Below the pieces are notes generated by a model, which saw only the letters and a list, made by a program, of their open reading frames with translations, did not search any database and had not been told where the DNA came from. From Vermamoeba vermiformis (taxonomy: Eukaryota), in contig JBEWZL010000030.1 in the NCBI GenBank assembly GCA_045837725.1, forward strand, positions 1 through 64,000: a DNA stretch of 64,000 nucleotides, read 5' to 3'. A program made the position numbers and the translations under genes. This document shows positions 15,391 to 27,450 of the stretch, piece after piece. How positions within the stretch are numbered: position 1 is the stretch's first letter; every line of letters begins with the position of its first letter.

Positions 15391-15807
15391 TCTTTAATTG
15401 AGATGAATGCTGAAAAAAAATCTAGGGCACACTTTCAACCAACCGAACACGTGATTCTGCCTTTTATGGTGAGACCAATCATTCAGGTGCGATGGCTTAT
15501 TATTGGTGCTGTAATGAATTGAAGAGAACTTTAAGATCCGTTTCGATCCAATTTGTTCAGTTTGAAAATTTTCGAAATCTGCAACCAAAGTATGAACACT
15601 CTAATTAGCCGCCAACCAATAAGCGCTTGTACATGCCAATATTGGAAAACCCTCTTACCGGTAAATCTTTTTGAGTGATACCAATGCCGAAATTAATTGA
15701 TGCGAATGTCAATGTGGTACCAATTAAATTAATAAAAAACAGCTTATTACATTATAAGAGATTATTAACTTACATTGCGCTTCTAACTAACATTGAAGCC
15801 CTAGTCT

Positions 15808-18136
15808 TTACTCCCAATCGTAAATAGCATCAATATCAACTGGAATCTTCGCGGCGGTTAATTTCTCGAGCGCGTGTTGAACCTCAGGCAAGTTGATGCC
15901 GTAATGGTCGAGCAACTCTTGGGCTTTGTGCTTAGAACCCTCTCCTTGCAATGTTAGAATGATCGAAGTCAGATCCGTCACTGCTTTGCGAACTTTGTCG
16001 AAGTTCACTGAAAATGTTTCTGTCGCCTTGTTGTAGTGGAACGCGTCCTAAAATTACGTTAGAGTGTGACGTTGATATTCGACAATCGCTATGAAATTGA
16101 TTGACACAATATCTAACAAAATCTTTGGATCGCGCTAACCAACACTTACATGCTTGAGCAAATAGGTCAACTGCAGTGCTTGTCCCTTGCCATGGGCCTC
16201 GGCTGCAATCCCAGGGTTAGACTTCTATAATGTATATAATAGCACAGTGTACTTACTGAGTCCGAATCGAATGGATCTGAATGCACCAGCTAAGAAAGTG
16301 ACGTAGAAGCTCTTTTCCAAGGACTTGTCGACGACTCCCTTGTCCATCAAATAAGCCAAAGCAAATAATCCTGCAATATCGGCCTTGGCCTCTTCAATAG
16401 CTGAGTGTGCTTCTTGCAACTGCGTGCGAACAGTCGTGGCAGAGCCGTTGATAACTATGTTGTGCGGACCAATACCGTGCACTGAACACGTGTTACTTAT
16501 TGTCAATTGAACGCGCGAAGTCTTACCTAATTCATGTGCCAGAATGTGCGTGAAGAAGGCCTCAAAGTTGATGTATTGGCGTTGATCAGCTGCAATCAGC
16601 AAGTCACTGATTGGCTTCAATATCTTCTCAAACTTAGCTTCTTGAATGTTCTTCAACATCACTTTCTTGCAGCCGTAGTTCTCGACAACGTGCTCGTCAT
16701 TTGGCAAGTTGAAAGCTGACGTCTTGGGACCACCTTAACGTCACGCATGTCAGGAGATGACACGTGTCATAGAATAAGGAAATACGTACCAACATCGCCA
16801 CCAGCGAATATCTCGTTGACAACAACAATAGGAGACTCCGTGCCTAATTTGGGGTTCTTATACTTCGTCGCCAAGGGCAAGTTGTCTTCAATATTTTGGA
16901 GCTCCGACTCGAACTTGCTCAACTTCTCGGTCTCTTTAATATCCCTACAATGTGTTAGTAAGGCTGCGAACCTCAATTGCGACGTACCTCAATGCAATGA
17001 ATGCCTCGAATGTGGCTTTGTAGTTGAACAGTTCATCTTGATAGACTTCGTAAGGACCAATCGTCACGTCGATAGGACTTTTGCTGTCGACCTGAACATT
17101 ATTGCGTTATTTTAAAGAACATCACAGTTATAGCAAAGCACATACCTGCAACCAATTGATGTCACTGGAGGCGTACGAGTTTGACAAGAAAGCATCAGCA
17201 CGACTAGGACAAGTCAGTCTATGAGGCCTAAAATGATACTCGAGTATGTCGCTTACGATGTCAGGAACAATTTCAACGAGTCATTCTCGCACAAATCTCC
17301 GGCCTGACGCAACAAATCAGCGGCACGCTGGAGAGTCTCTTTGTATGCCTCGCTGTACGGCACGAGTTTCAGTGAACCATTTGCATCACGTCGAATTAAA
17401 TGGAAGAAACCTGTTGGCCGTGTTAGTAATGTAACTTTGCCGAACGTAATTTTACGTGACAAGAGAATGAAATAACAAAGAATTCTACTTCGTTCAAAAC
17501 AAATCGAGAATTAATCATTAAAATAATTAATTAAATTGTTATTAGATGTTTAAATAAGCGTACCTTTAGCGTCTTTGGCTTCGTGATCGGAAAGACCTGC
17601 GACAAACTTTTCGAATTCCTCTTTTGTCATATCCTCAGGATAAAAATTTCCGCCCTTAGGGTGTTCTGGAGCACCAGGAACAAAAGTTTCATGCTCATCG
17701 AGGCTACAGAATTAATTAAATTAATGGAATATTAATTATTTTAATTTTCGGCGTCATAATTTGAATTACAATATTGTACTTACATAGACCACGGGCATCT
17801 ATTAATCCAAAAATATCTTGCCAATTTTTTACCATTTTCTGAGGAGTCTTTCTTCAGATCGTCGTATAATTTTTTGTTGCCCGCCCATTTTTGCTCCATA
17901 TAAATTTCGTCCATGCATTTTGCGGCCTGAACTAATAAGTCTACAGCTTTCTTTTGTTTATCAGACAAGTGGCTATTGTCAGAGCGGATTTGGGTCGGCA
18001 CATAACGAGCCAGCTTTTGTTCGAGATTGAGCTTGGTTTCCATTCTTTTCTTCAATAATACTGTGGTACTAAAATATTTTTTGCTATTAATGTGAGCAAT
18101 AAATTGTCGAGTTTGTTGTGTCAAAGCTCGAAACAT
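15808..18136 (-). CDS. Peptidase family M49 (dipeptidyl peptidase III, HEXXH type) with mitochondrial-type presequence
   Basis: Spliced HILAHEL|VHGIGPH, IEEAKADIAGL, AFNLPNDE, FLAGAFRSIRFG. N-terminus MFRALTQQTRQF is basic and hydroxylated with no acidic residues. Confidence 0.9.
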
Positions 18137-18711
18137 AGTAATATCAAATAATTATTTCTTGCAACCTTCCCTTGGATTTATGTACGTTGTACGTTGTCTA
18201 CTTAAAGAATTACCATCATGTGAGTTGCATCCACGCAACGTTATACCGGAATTCTTCCAGTCCAGCCCGATCAAGGCTTTGGTCCTTCTCGATCCATTGC
18301 ATACATACAAAACTGCAGCACTTATGATTCCCTTTCATCGCTAAGCACGAACAGGCTCATCACCTTGATGACGAGCTTCATCTGCTACGTAGTTTAGATG
18401 TCGGTGATCTACTCTTGCGGTCGTATTCCGAGGATCCACATACCATAACTGTAGAATGTACCACGCGCGATAATGAACAAAGATGTACGGCGCATGACGA
18501 AAAAACTCCGAATATGGAGATTTTAACCTAAAAAGGAGCGAACACGTGGAACAGAACACTTTAGTCGCGCGCCGAAACACTGAGGGTTCAATAACAAAAC
18601 TGAAAAGCGCGACAACATTATTATTTTCATAATTTATTGCGGTCGACACAGGACTTCATTTCGATCCAAACAACAGATCGGATAATTGACGTAATAAATA
18701 TAAATTAGAGA

Positions 18712-20625
18712 ATGGGTCTTCGACAAGACGAAATTGCCCTCCTTTGCGGCATTGCTTTTATAATTGTTATTGAAGTTGGCATCTGGGTTGGTGGCTACAT
18801 TCACTGGGAAGAGCTTGGCGTGTATTTAAATCTGTATGATCCTCGATTTCCCGAGGAAAAAGGCGAAAGTTGGTAAGAATTACCTAAAATATAATGTTGT
18901 ATGATAGTTTAAGCATTCATTTCTAATTAATTTTCTGTCGTGGGATCCAACCGGCGTAAATTACAAAGTAATTTTACTTCTATCCATTTAAAATAAAGAA
19001 TAACGCCGAATATAATCACATATAAATATAACAACGCTTATTAAGCGGTGAGTGTGAAAACGCAATCTATTTTCTCGATCTGTACACAAAAGTTCAGAGA
19101 TCTCGTTGGTTCTTCACCGCGACACCACTCTTTACAATTATAATTCCGCCAATAATTGCATCTAAATATCATGTTCTCTAGGTATACTTGGCAAGCGCTA
19201 GAGCCTGGAGTTGGCGGCTACCTCTCATCTTGGCTCTGTTACTTGGGTCACCAGTTCACCGTGTGGGCTCTCATCTACAAAGCTCAATATCAAAAGACAA
19301 CATACAGTTCAAAACTCCGTCGCTTTAATTGGGAGTTGTTGGCTGTAAACGGTTTCTTCCACATCTTGCATCTCATCCAAACGCACGTGTTCTACAGCGC
19401 CCTTGCTGATTCAGTGACTGTATGGAGCTCACAAGCGTCAGTCATAGCTATCTTAGTCTTTGCTCTGTTGATCATGAATGACCGGTACGAATAATTTTTA
19501 ATTGATTCGCTAAATTCAATTTAGACTCTAATTACTTGCTTAGTCCTCGTGGTTTATTCTTCGGCAAGCGAGTGCCCCTTCCAAAGTCCGTCACACGCTT
19601 AGTAAGCAAGTACCACGCTTACTTGTTCGCTTGGGGCACGATCTACACGTTCTGGTACCACCCAATGGAAAACTCGTTCGGTCACATGTTGGGCTTTGCA
19701 TACACTGGCCTGTTGATGTTGCAAAGCAGTTTAATCTACACTCCCATTCACATGAACCAATACTGGATTGTAAGTATAACCTTACTGTACATACAAACGC
19801 GATGTAGTACTAACAGAGTAATGCTCGCAGTTGATTCTCGAAATTTGGGTCATTTTACACGGTCCCACAATCTCAGTGCAAAAGAACGACGGCGCTTGGG
19901 CCATGTTCACGTTTGGATTTTTGATCGTATTCGCGGGCACGCAAATCTTCGTCTTCCCTTGGTGGCCTAAAGGTAAGCTCAATCTCACAACACTTCCTAA
20001 TTTGGTAATATGGTACTAACATAACCGCTCTTCAGCCAAGAAATGGTTCTGGGTCCGTTTGATTCCTATCCTCGCTGTGATTGGTGCTGCAGTTGGCGTG
20101 TTCATCTCATACGACAACATTCGCAATCTATACCGCATTGTGTTCATTCCCCTCGCCTTGTGGGGCCTCGTGTTCGTCGAGACAGGCCTCATTTGGGTCG
20201 TCTTCCGTGCTACTAACGCGTGCTGTCCAATGACCAATGTCATCGCCAAGCCTCCCAAGTGCTGCCGTGGTGACAACGAGCCGAGTGTCGAAGAACAAGA
20301 CAACAAAGCTAACAAGCGTGAAGGTCGTAAAGGTCTGCCCATGCGCATCATTGGATCCATCGCCGCCGTATTGCTGTTGCTGCTGATGGTTGCTATTGCT
20401 ATCATATTGCAGTTCTTGGCTCTCGATAACAACAACGTGCTGACCCTCGTCACGTACTTCAGTGTGGGCATTATCAGTCCGCTCGCCATCATTGGCTCTG
20501 GTTACGCACTCAACTTCAGAAATATTCGCCGCAAAGGTGCTAAGCTTGAAATGAAGAAACCAGAACCCAATGCTCAAGAACAAAGTAGCAGCGGTAGCCA
20601 AACAAGCACTCCATCCGCAAACTAG
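18712..20625 (+). CDS. Polytopic membrane protein of a conserved uncharacterised family
   Basis: Spliced ORF with WYTWQ, YLGHQ, HILHLIQTH, RGLFFGK, KYHAYLFAWGTIYTFWYHPME, LEIWVILHG and many TM segments. Confidence 0.75.
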
Positions 20626-20843
20626 AGCAGATCCGCAACAAAAACATCATTGTAATATAATCCCAAATAATTATAACCTCGCCAGCGAATTTTGATGTAA
20701 ATAAAGCGTCGCACAAATAAGTTAAAGCAACTGCCATTGCGATAATTAATCCGACATCAAGACAAAGTTGAACTAATTACATTTCGGGGTTTATTTTTTT
20801 TCTAATGTACAAAATTCTCCTTAATAAGTTATATGTATAGTAT

Positions 20844-23551
20844 TTACGAGAACGGAGAAAAGCTCGTAAATGCCTGATTGACGTGAACATTATTGCTGAC
20901 CGGCGTAGTTGGCGGAGATAGTGGCGTTGTTTCTACTTTGGTGCCATCCTTGGAGGAGTCGTCAGCCTCGGGTGAATTGTAGCCGCTAATATCGATTAAA
21001 CTATTTACATTGGCATTGTTATTTGCTCGCGGTTCTGGATGTGGTCCAGTTGCTATGTTCGGAGCGAATTCAAAAGTTGGTTGCCTAAACAAACAATCAT
21101 TAGTTACTAAGCTCGATCCCTCGATGGCTCAAGCGAAATTTAATTAGCGAGATCCTTGTGTGTTAGATCGGAAAAATTTGCGGAACTGAAAACTTACAAT
21201 GGAAATTGCATCTTTTGGAAATCAGCAGGAAAATTAGGATCGACATCGGGTATGACAGATTGATAGCTCATCGCTGCTTGCCACGTCTTCAAAAGATAAT
21301 CTGCGATAACGTTGCCTACTGGGTAATCTGCAGCCAGTGCTCTCATCTTTTTAATAATCTAATGAATGTTAGTATATACTGCGCTTAACGTAGTGCATTT
21401 GACTTACAAAATCGACGGAGTGCCAATCATGGCAGATCGCAAACATTTTTCCAACCATAAAATATTGATGCACGGTAGGATAATCATATATTACTCCGGT
21501 AGGATCATTCATTAATTCTAACCAACTGCCCAAATTCTGAACAAATTTGAAATTAGATCCACGGGAGATTTTATCAAAGATTAGCGAATCGCCGTGACTC
21601 GTTAAATAATTTTTAATTACCTCCTTCGCGGCATTGTAATCCGAAGCTAGTAGGCTCGTCATAGCGTTGATATAAGATTCACCTCGCAAACATCGGATCC
21701 TGCAATAGTATCCCAAAGTTAGTCGGTGTACGTGGCAGAAGATAAACTTTCTTAGCGAGATCTAACTCGTTGCTTTTTTAAATAGTTAAATTTCAATTCT
21801 TGAGATACAAAGGGATTAATATTCCGTTTATGGTAAATCGAGTTTAGAGGGAAATCTATATAATTTGTGATCTTTTCCTTGAACGCGTACATTGTTGTAC
21901 GAGAAATTAATTATATAACGTACCTTGTAAATTGCGTTTGCGGCACAAAACTGCATAATTTCTTCCATTGTTGAAAGAAGAACGTGGCTGTAAGAACATC
22001 GTTGCGAAGCGTCAGGATCCGTGCGGTCTAGGTACGAAGAGGGGTTGGTCAGTAAATCTTTGCAATGACTGTAAAACGTAGGATTTGAATCAAATCTGCG
22101 TAACAGGGCAGTTATAAGGCACAACCCGCAGTTCTTTGAATTGGAGTAAAAGGTCCTGATCTGCACACAATTTCATCCAAAATCGGTAATTTTGCTACCG
22201 TTGCCGAGTTACAAGAAGTTTCCACGTAAATATCATTGGTATATTAAATGCCGATTATACTCACCAAGCCGAATGATAACAGCGTGCGGACTTTAATAGC
22301 GGATTCGGACTCTAGTTTCGCGAGCGCGTCCCAAACGTCGAAAGCGATTTTTCCGGCCTCTTCCCTACGTTAAATTTACCGTTAATACATGAATGATGTC
22401 GTGAGGAATAAGCCGCGCGTGCAACTGGGCAAAACGGCATCGCAACGATAAACGAAATCCAACTTACTCTTCGGGCAAGATGAGACTGTAATAATAGCTC
22501 GTCAACAAGTAAAATACTTGCAACGTCTCGGCTCCAATGGTTCTAATGAGATGTTGGAACGATTCCATCGCCACACGAAAAAATTTGGCTGCGGATTCGA
22601 ATTGTGCATTCGCGCTGCACAGTCTGGCGATTACATGAGCACCGATAGCCAGATCAATGCTCGATCGCGAGTCCATAAGTTCAGAAAAAAGCATTCTTGA
22701 TTAAATTGGGCAATTAGTAAATCGTCCAGACGCTATTTAAATGAAATCACAACCCAAAAAAGGAAGCTGTCAGAAAAAACCTCCAAATGACGAGGCTATC
22801 TCGACGCAGGAGATAGTAGAGTGACAGGAATGTCGTGGATAAGTTTGGATCAGAGAATCTTACCTCGCTTGCGAATACAATTGATTGGCTTGCAACGTTT
22901 GCCCGCACGCTTTTGCGCCGTAAGCCAGGCTGGCGTATACTCTGAATTTAAATGGCAAATCTATAGACAAGACACGGATTAATTTGAGGCTTGATCAATA
23001 GAGTAATTACGTACCGGTTGAATTTTGGATCGCAGCCATATCGAGATTAGGCAACGAGTAAATGAACCCTTCACTTGTAGCTGAGAAAGCAGATGCAAAA
23101 GCATTAGCAAACGCCATCGAGTTTAGATATGTGTCGCTGGATAAGGGCATAGGAAGTGCTTCTGTCTTCTGCACAGGTTGAGGTGACGGAGAAATGGGAT
23201 CAGAGCCTGAAATAGAAAAAAATCGTCAATAACATCCAAAATTATAAAATATCATTATATAGGGGGTCGAAAAGGTCACCGTACTCAATTTGAAGTAAAT
23301 AAAAATTGTACATAAATTTTGTAGTGGATTTGGGTACCTGTGTTCTCGTTAAAGGGTTGATCAGGTGAAACTGATAAGTCCAATTCTTCTTCAGAGTCTC
23401 TTTTCTTATTACGCCTCCTTTCATTACGAAAGGTACAGTTGCGATGCAGCCTTTTACACCGGCCGCAGGGATTCTGACCATCACACTTTCTGTGTGTGGA
23501 TCTGCATTCGTCGCAGGCAATAGAGACCGTAGTAGTTCTTCTCCTTTGCAT
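20844..23551 (-). CDS. Zn(II)2Cys6 zinc-cluster transcription factor
   Basis: ACDECRSTHRKCDGQNPCGRCKRLHRNC followed by basic RRRNKKR; many downstream exons. The 3' exon structure is approximate. Confidence 0.85.
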
Positions 23552-24486
23552 TGTATTAATTTCGACTTTGATCTAAACGCAATCCGTTTTACAATGTTGC
23601 ACAATTATTGCCTCGATCTCGCGAGATTAAATATTCGGTGTTGTTGCGCTTCGTCAAATAAAATATTTACAATGAAATTTTCTTCCTTTGAATCGTTGTG
23701 TTCTGCACCGAGGCGGCTAAGTAATATTTTGTAACGAAAATTCAAAATTTTTGTATCGCCCTACTAATTTAGAGATAATCTTGCGTGCAACCGATTGTGA
23801 TTCATTCGATGAATTAATCACGTGATTAATGCTCATATGATATCGGCCGCCAATCCGCGCGGTCAGATCGCATTACGACGAAACCGTAGCTATTATCTGT
23901 TTCTCAACCTACCGTTCTAAAAGTAAGGTCTATTTTGGGCCAAACTGCTACCTCGTCTAATTTCCGTATGTTACGGTAGTATCGCATCGAGGATTGATTT
24001 AAATGCAAAACGTCAAAAGGAGGCACGAAGGTTCCAGAAGGAAATTGTCACGGCTTTTTCGATTAGCTTGACGCTCATGTAGTTCATATGGATGTCAATC
24101 GATTGACGTTGGATATTACTAAATAGGTTGTAAAGAACCTCGGAGTACGTATTGCGAGTCGAGGTGTTCATCTAAATGAGAAACAAGAATAAAATTGTTT
24201 TGATCCCAATGAAGTGACACGGAAAATTAATCGAGGAGGATGTGAACGGTGCCATAAACTCTAAAGAGTAGCTACTTACATTATGAAAACATGAGGCCAC
24301 AGTAGCGTTAGAAATTCTTGAAAGGAGACAGAGATCCAAGCCGAATGTCATTTAATTTGGATGAAACGTTTAGAGCTGCTCTATTTCAAGATTAGCTCTA
24401 GTTTATTCATTACAACTACATGTTGGGTTTAAAGTTAAATAATTCATGGTAAATAAATAATTACGAAACATTACACAACTGACCGC

Positions 24487-27198
24487 TTAGTTGTCGGAGC
24501 TAACTGAGTCCGAATCCTTCTTTGCAGGCGAGCGAGATCGTGATCGGGAACGAGACACTGATCTAGAGGCCGATCTGGAGCGGGGTGAGGGAGATCTAGA
24601 GCGGGATTTGGAAGAAGGGGAGCGCGATCTGGAGCGAGATTTAGAACGGGACTTAGGTGAGGGAGAGCGAGAGCGAGATCTAGAGCGAGATCGGGACTTG
24701 GGGGAAGGGGATCTTGAACGAGAACGAGAACGGGACTTGGGTGAAGGTGATCGTGAACGGCGCTTCTCGTCGCTGGAGACAGACTTGTTGTCCTCTTGGT
24801 GAGCCTCTTCTTCGTGCTTGGGCTCCTCGTGGTGCTCTTCGTGGTGAGCTTCTTCGTGTTTGTGCTCTTCATGGTGCTCGTGATGCTCCTCATGGTGCTC
24901 GTGGTGCTCCTCGTGCTTGGGTTCTTCGTGGTGTTCATGGTGCTCCTCGTGGTGCTCGTGGTGTTCCTCGTGCTTGGGCTCTTCGTGATGCTCCTCATGA
25001 TGGTGGTCCTCATGGTGCTCGTGGTGCTCCTCATGCTTGTGGTCTTCATGGTGCTCGTGATGTTCCTCGTGCTTGTGTTCCTCGTGGTGAGTCTCGTGGT
25101 GTTCATCATGCTTGGGGGCTTCATGATGTTCCTCGTGCTTGTGAACCTCAGCTTGCTTCTCCTCGCGCAACTTCTTGGCCAATTGTTCACGCTCGGCTTT
25201 AGCTTTCTCTTCGCGCTCTTGAGCCTCCTGTTCGGCCTTTTGACGCTCTTCTCTCAACTGCTTCTCGCGCTTTTCAGCTTCGAGTCTCTCTTGCTCGCGC
25301 TTCTCGGCAAATTGTTCAGCCAACGACTTCTTGTTGCCACTGTCTGAAGACTTTTGCGAAGTGTGAGTGGAGGTGGTAGTGCTGGTGCTGGTTTGTTGCT
25401 TGGCAGCCTTGGCCTTGGCTTCACGTTCAGCGCGTTCACGCTCCTCGCGTTCCTTAAGTTCCTAATAGAAGAGTTTATTAATATCGACTACGGCCATACC
25501 TTATCGCGTATGATCATACCTGTTCGCGCTTCTCGCGTTCTTCACGGATTTGCTTTTCCTTGCGCTCTTGTTCCAACTTCTCTTCGCGTTGCTTCTCGGC
25601 AAATCGCTCAGCCAATGACTTGTTGGCACCAGCTAAATAAAAACATTGTCAGAAATTTCCAGATCGAGATCTGATCGAGAAACAACTTACATTCACCGCG
25701 GGGAGTGGTGCTAGTAACGACCTTGTTGGCCTCAGCAACCTTGTTTTCAAAGGCCTTCAATCTATCAGCTAACTTGCCGCCAGACTTAACCTCAGCTTCA
25801 GCTACAAAAATGAATTTTTGAGTGGATTTGCCTTACGCACGCGTTCGATCTGCAATGTTTACTCACCAGTGCGGGGGCTAACAACAGTATTGCTGCTAGA
25901 AGCACCTGATTCGAACTTCTTCTTGGCATCGGCAAAGCCAGCAAGACGAGGCTTTTCGGTGGTAGTAGATGAGCTCGAAACAGCTATTAAAATAAATCAG
26001 CAAATAGCTCAATAATATTCTCATTGATGTCATATACTTACTGGTAGTAGTAGTATTATCGCGAGGAGAAGTAGTAGGCTTGTGAGCGACATGACCGTCA
26101 GTGGCATGAGATGCAGAAGGGCCACCCTTTTGATGAGTAAATTGTTGTTGTTGCTTCTCACGACCGAAACCTAATAACGTATTATTATCATTAAATTATT
26201 ATTTCGTTTGGAGAGAGTGAGATTCGGATTCGCGAGCGAGAAATTTCGATTGACTGCCGTTGATGTCAAATTGATCTACCTGGTTTACCTAGCATATATA
26301 TGTTTATTTGTGTGCTTACCTTCGTCGTAGTTGCCCTTCAATCTGAATAATTGAGTAAAATGAGGCTTGCAATAAACTTGGCCTTGAAGAGAGGCGAAGT
26401 TGCCTAACTTAAGCATTGCATTGCAGTGAGCGCATCTGAAGCAGGTCTATATAGTATACAATTAATATTATGAGTAAACTAGCCAACCAAAATCGAACAC
26501 AAATATCTTTTTTCAATTTGAATCTGCTCGCGATGGCGATTATTTTTGTCATTAAAATGTATATTATACTCTTGTTATGTATATTAACATTCGACTATTA
26601 ATTTTATGCCTTGTATTCAAGATCCAACAAAATCGCAACGGTCAAATTCGTATCTTTTTAACTTTTAAAAAATCCTACACGTAATAAACTATGATTTTAC
26701 CGAAATTAGCTTGTATATAATCAATTAAATGTGTCTTAAATTAAAATCACGCGATTTCTATTTAAATTTACAAAAATAACGAAGATTATTAAATTGTTCA
26801 GATCTGCCACAATAACAAGTAAGTTTGCCGTTATTTTTTACCTTGTGCATCAATGACTTATCATCAACAGAGATCTTTTCTGTAGGATAGACAGTTTTGC
26901 CGCACTTAGCGCACTTGTCTGAGGGACGGGCGATATTCATCTAGACAACAAAACTCTTATTAGACATTTCTCGCGAAAAAATTAACGAAATAATAGTGCA
27001 GTTGGTCAAAATAATTCATGGTATTGATAAAATACAGTTAGCAATTTCGTTTTCTCGGCCCGCAGTATTTTTTCAAACTCGGATGCGAATTTTAACGTTG
27101 GGACCAAAGCAATAGAAAATCGGGGCTAATAGCGCTCTTGTTTGTGTATCAAACGTTATATAACCTACCTTAATGGGTGTAGCTGCAACTTCCGACAT
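24487..27198 (-). CDS. LIM-domain protein (EPLIN/LIMD2-type) with coiled coil, His/Glu repeat and RS-rich tail
   Basis: [13 protein letters not shown]...[11 protein letters not shown]...[24 protein letters not shown] coiled coil; HEEHHE repeats; (RS)nPSPK repeats. Confidence 0.88.
24520..25145 (-). repeat. Coding tandem repeats: [10 protein letters not shown](PK) units and [11 protein letters not shown] units
   Basis: Directly visible in ORF 24487..25323. Confidence 0.9.
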
Positions 27199-27450
27199 GA
27201 TGCCAATAATATACTACGATTTTTTTGTTTAGTACCAGATCGAGCCAAAATGCTTAGCAGTGTTTGCCAATAAAGAAAGATAGTAACTGATTGCCAGTAC
27301 CAAACCCCCAAGAATCTACGGTTAGATCCCTGCTTGACAATTTATTTTGCGAGACTTTTCTTCGGAGGACGGATGTGTACACAAAGGAAAAAGACGACTG
27401 AAGTTTTTTTGCGGGTCATTGTTGAATTGCAATAACTTACATAACACACC

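Noticed and set aside
18159-18649. Short ORFs between the M49 peptidase and membrane protein genes
   Set aside because: No consistent spliced frame or recognisable motif; may be UTR or uORF sequence.
24491-25347. Plus-strand ORFs (ERD-rich and VVL-rich)
   Set aside because: Antisense shadows of the His/Glu and RS coding repeats.
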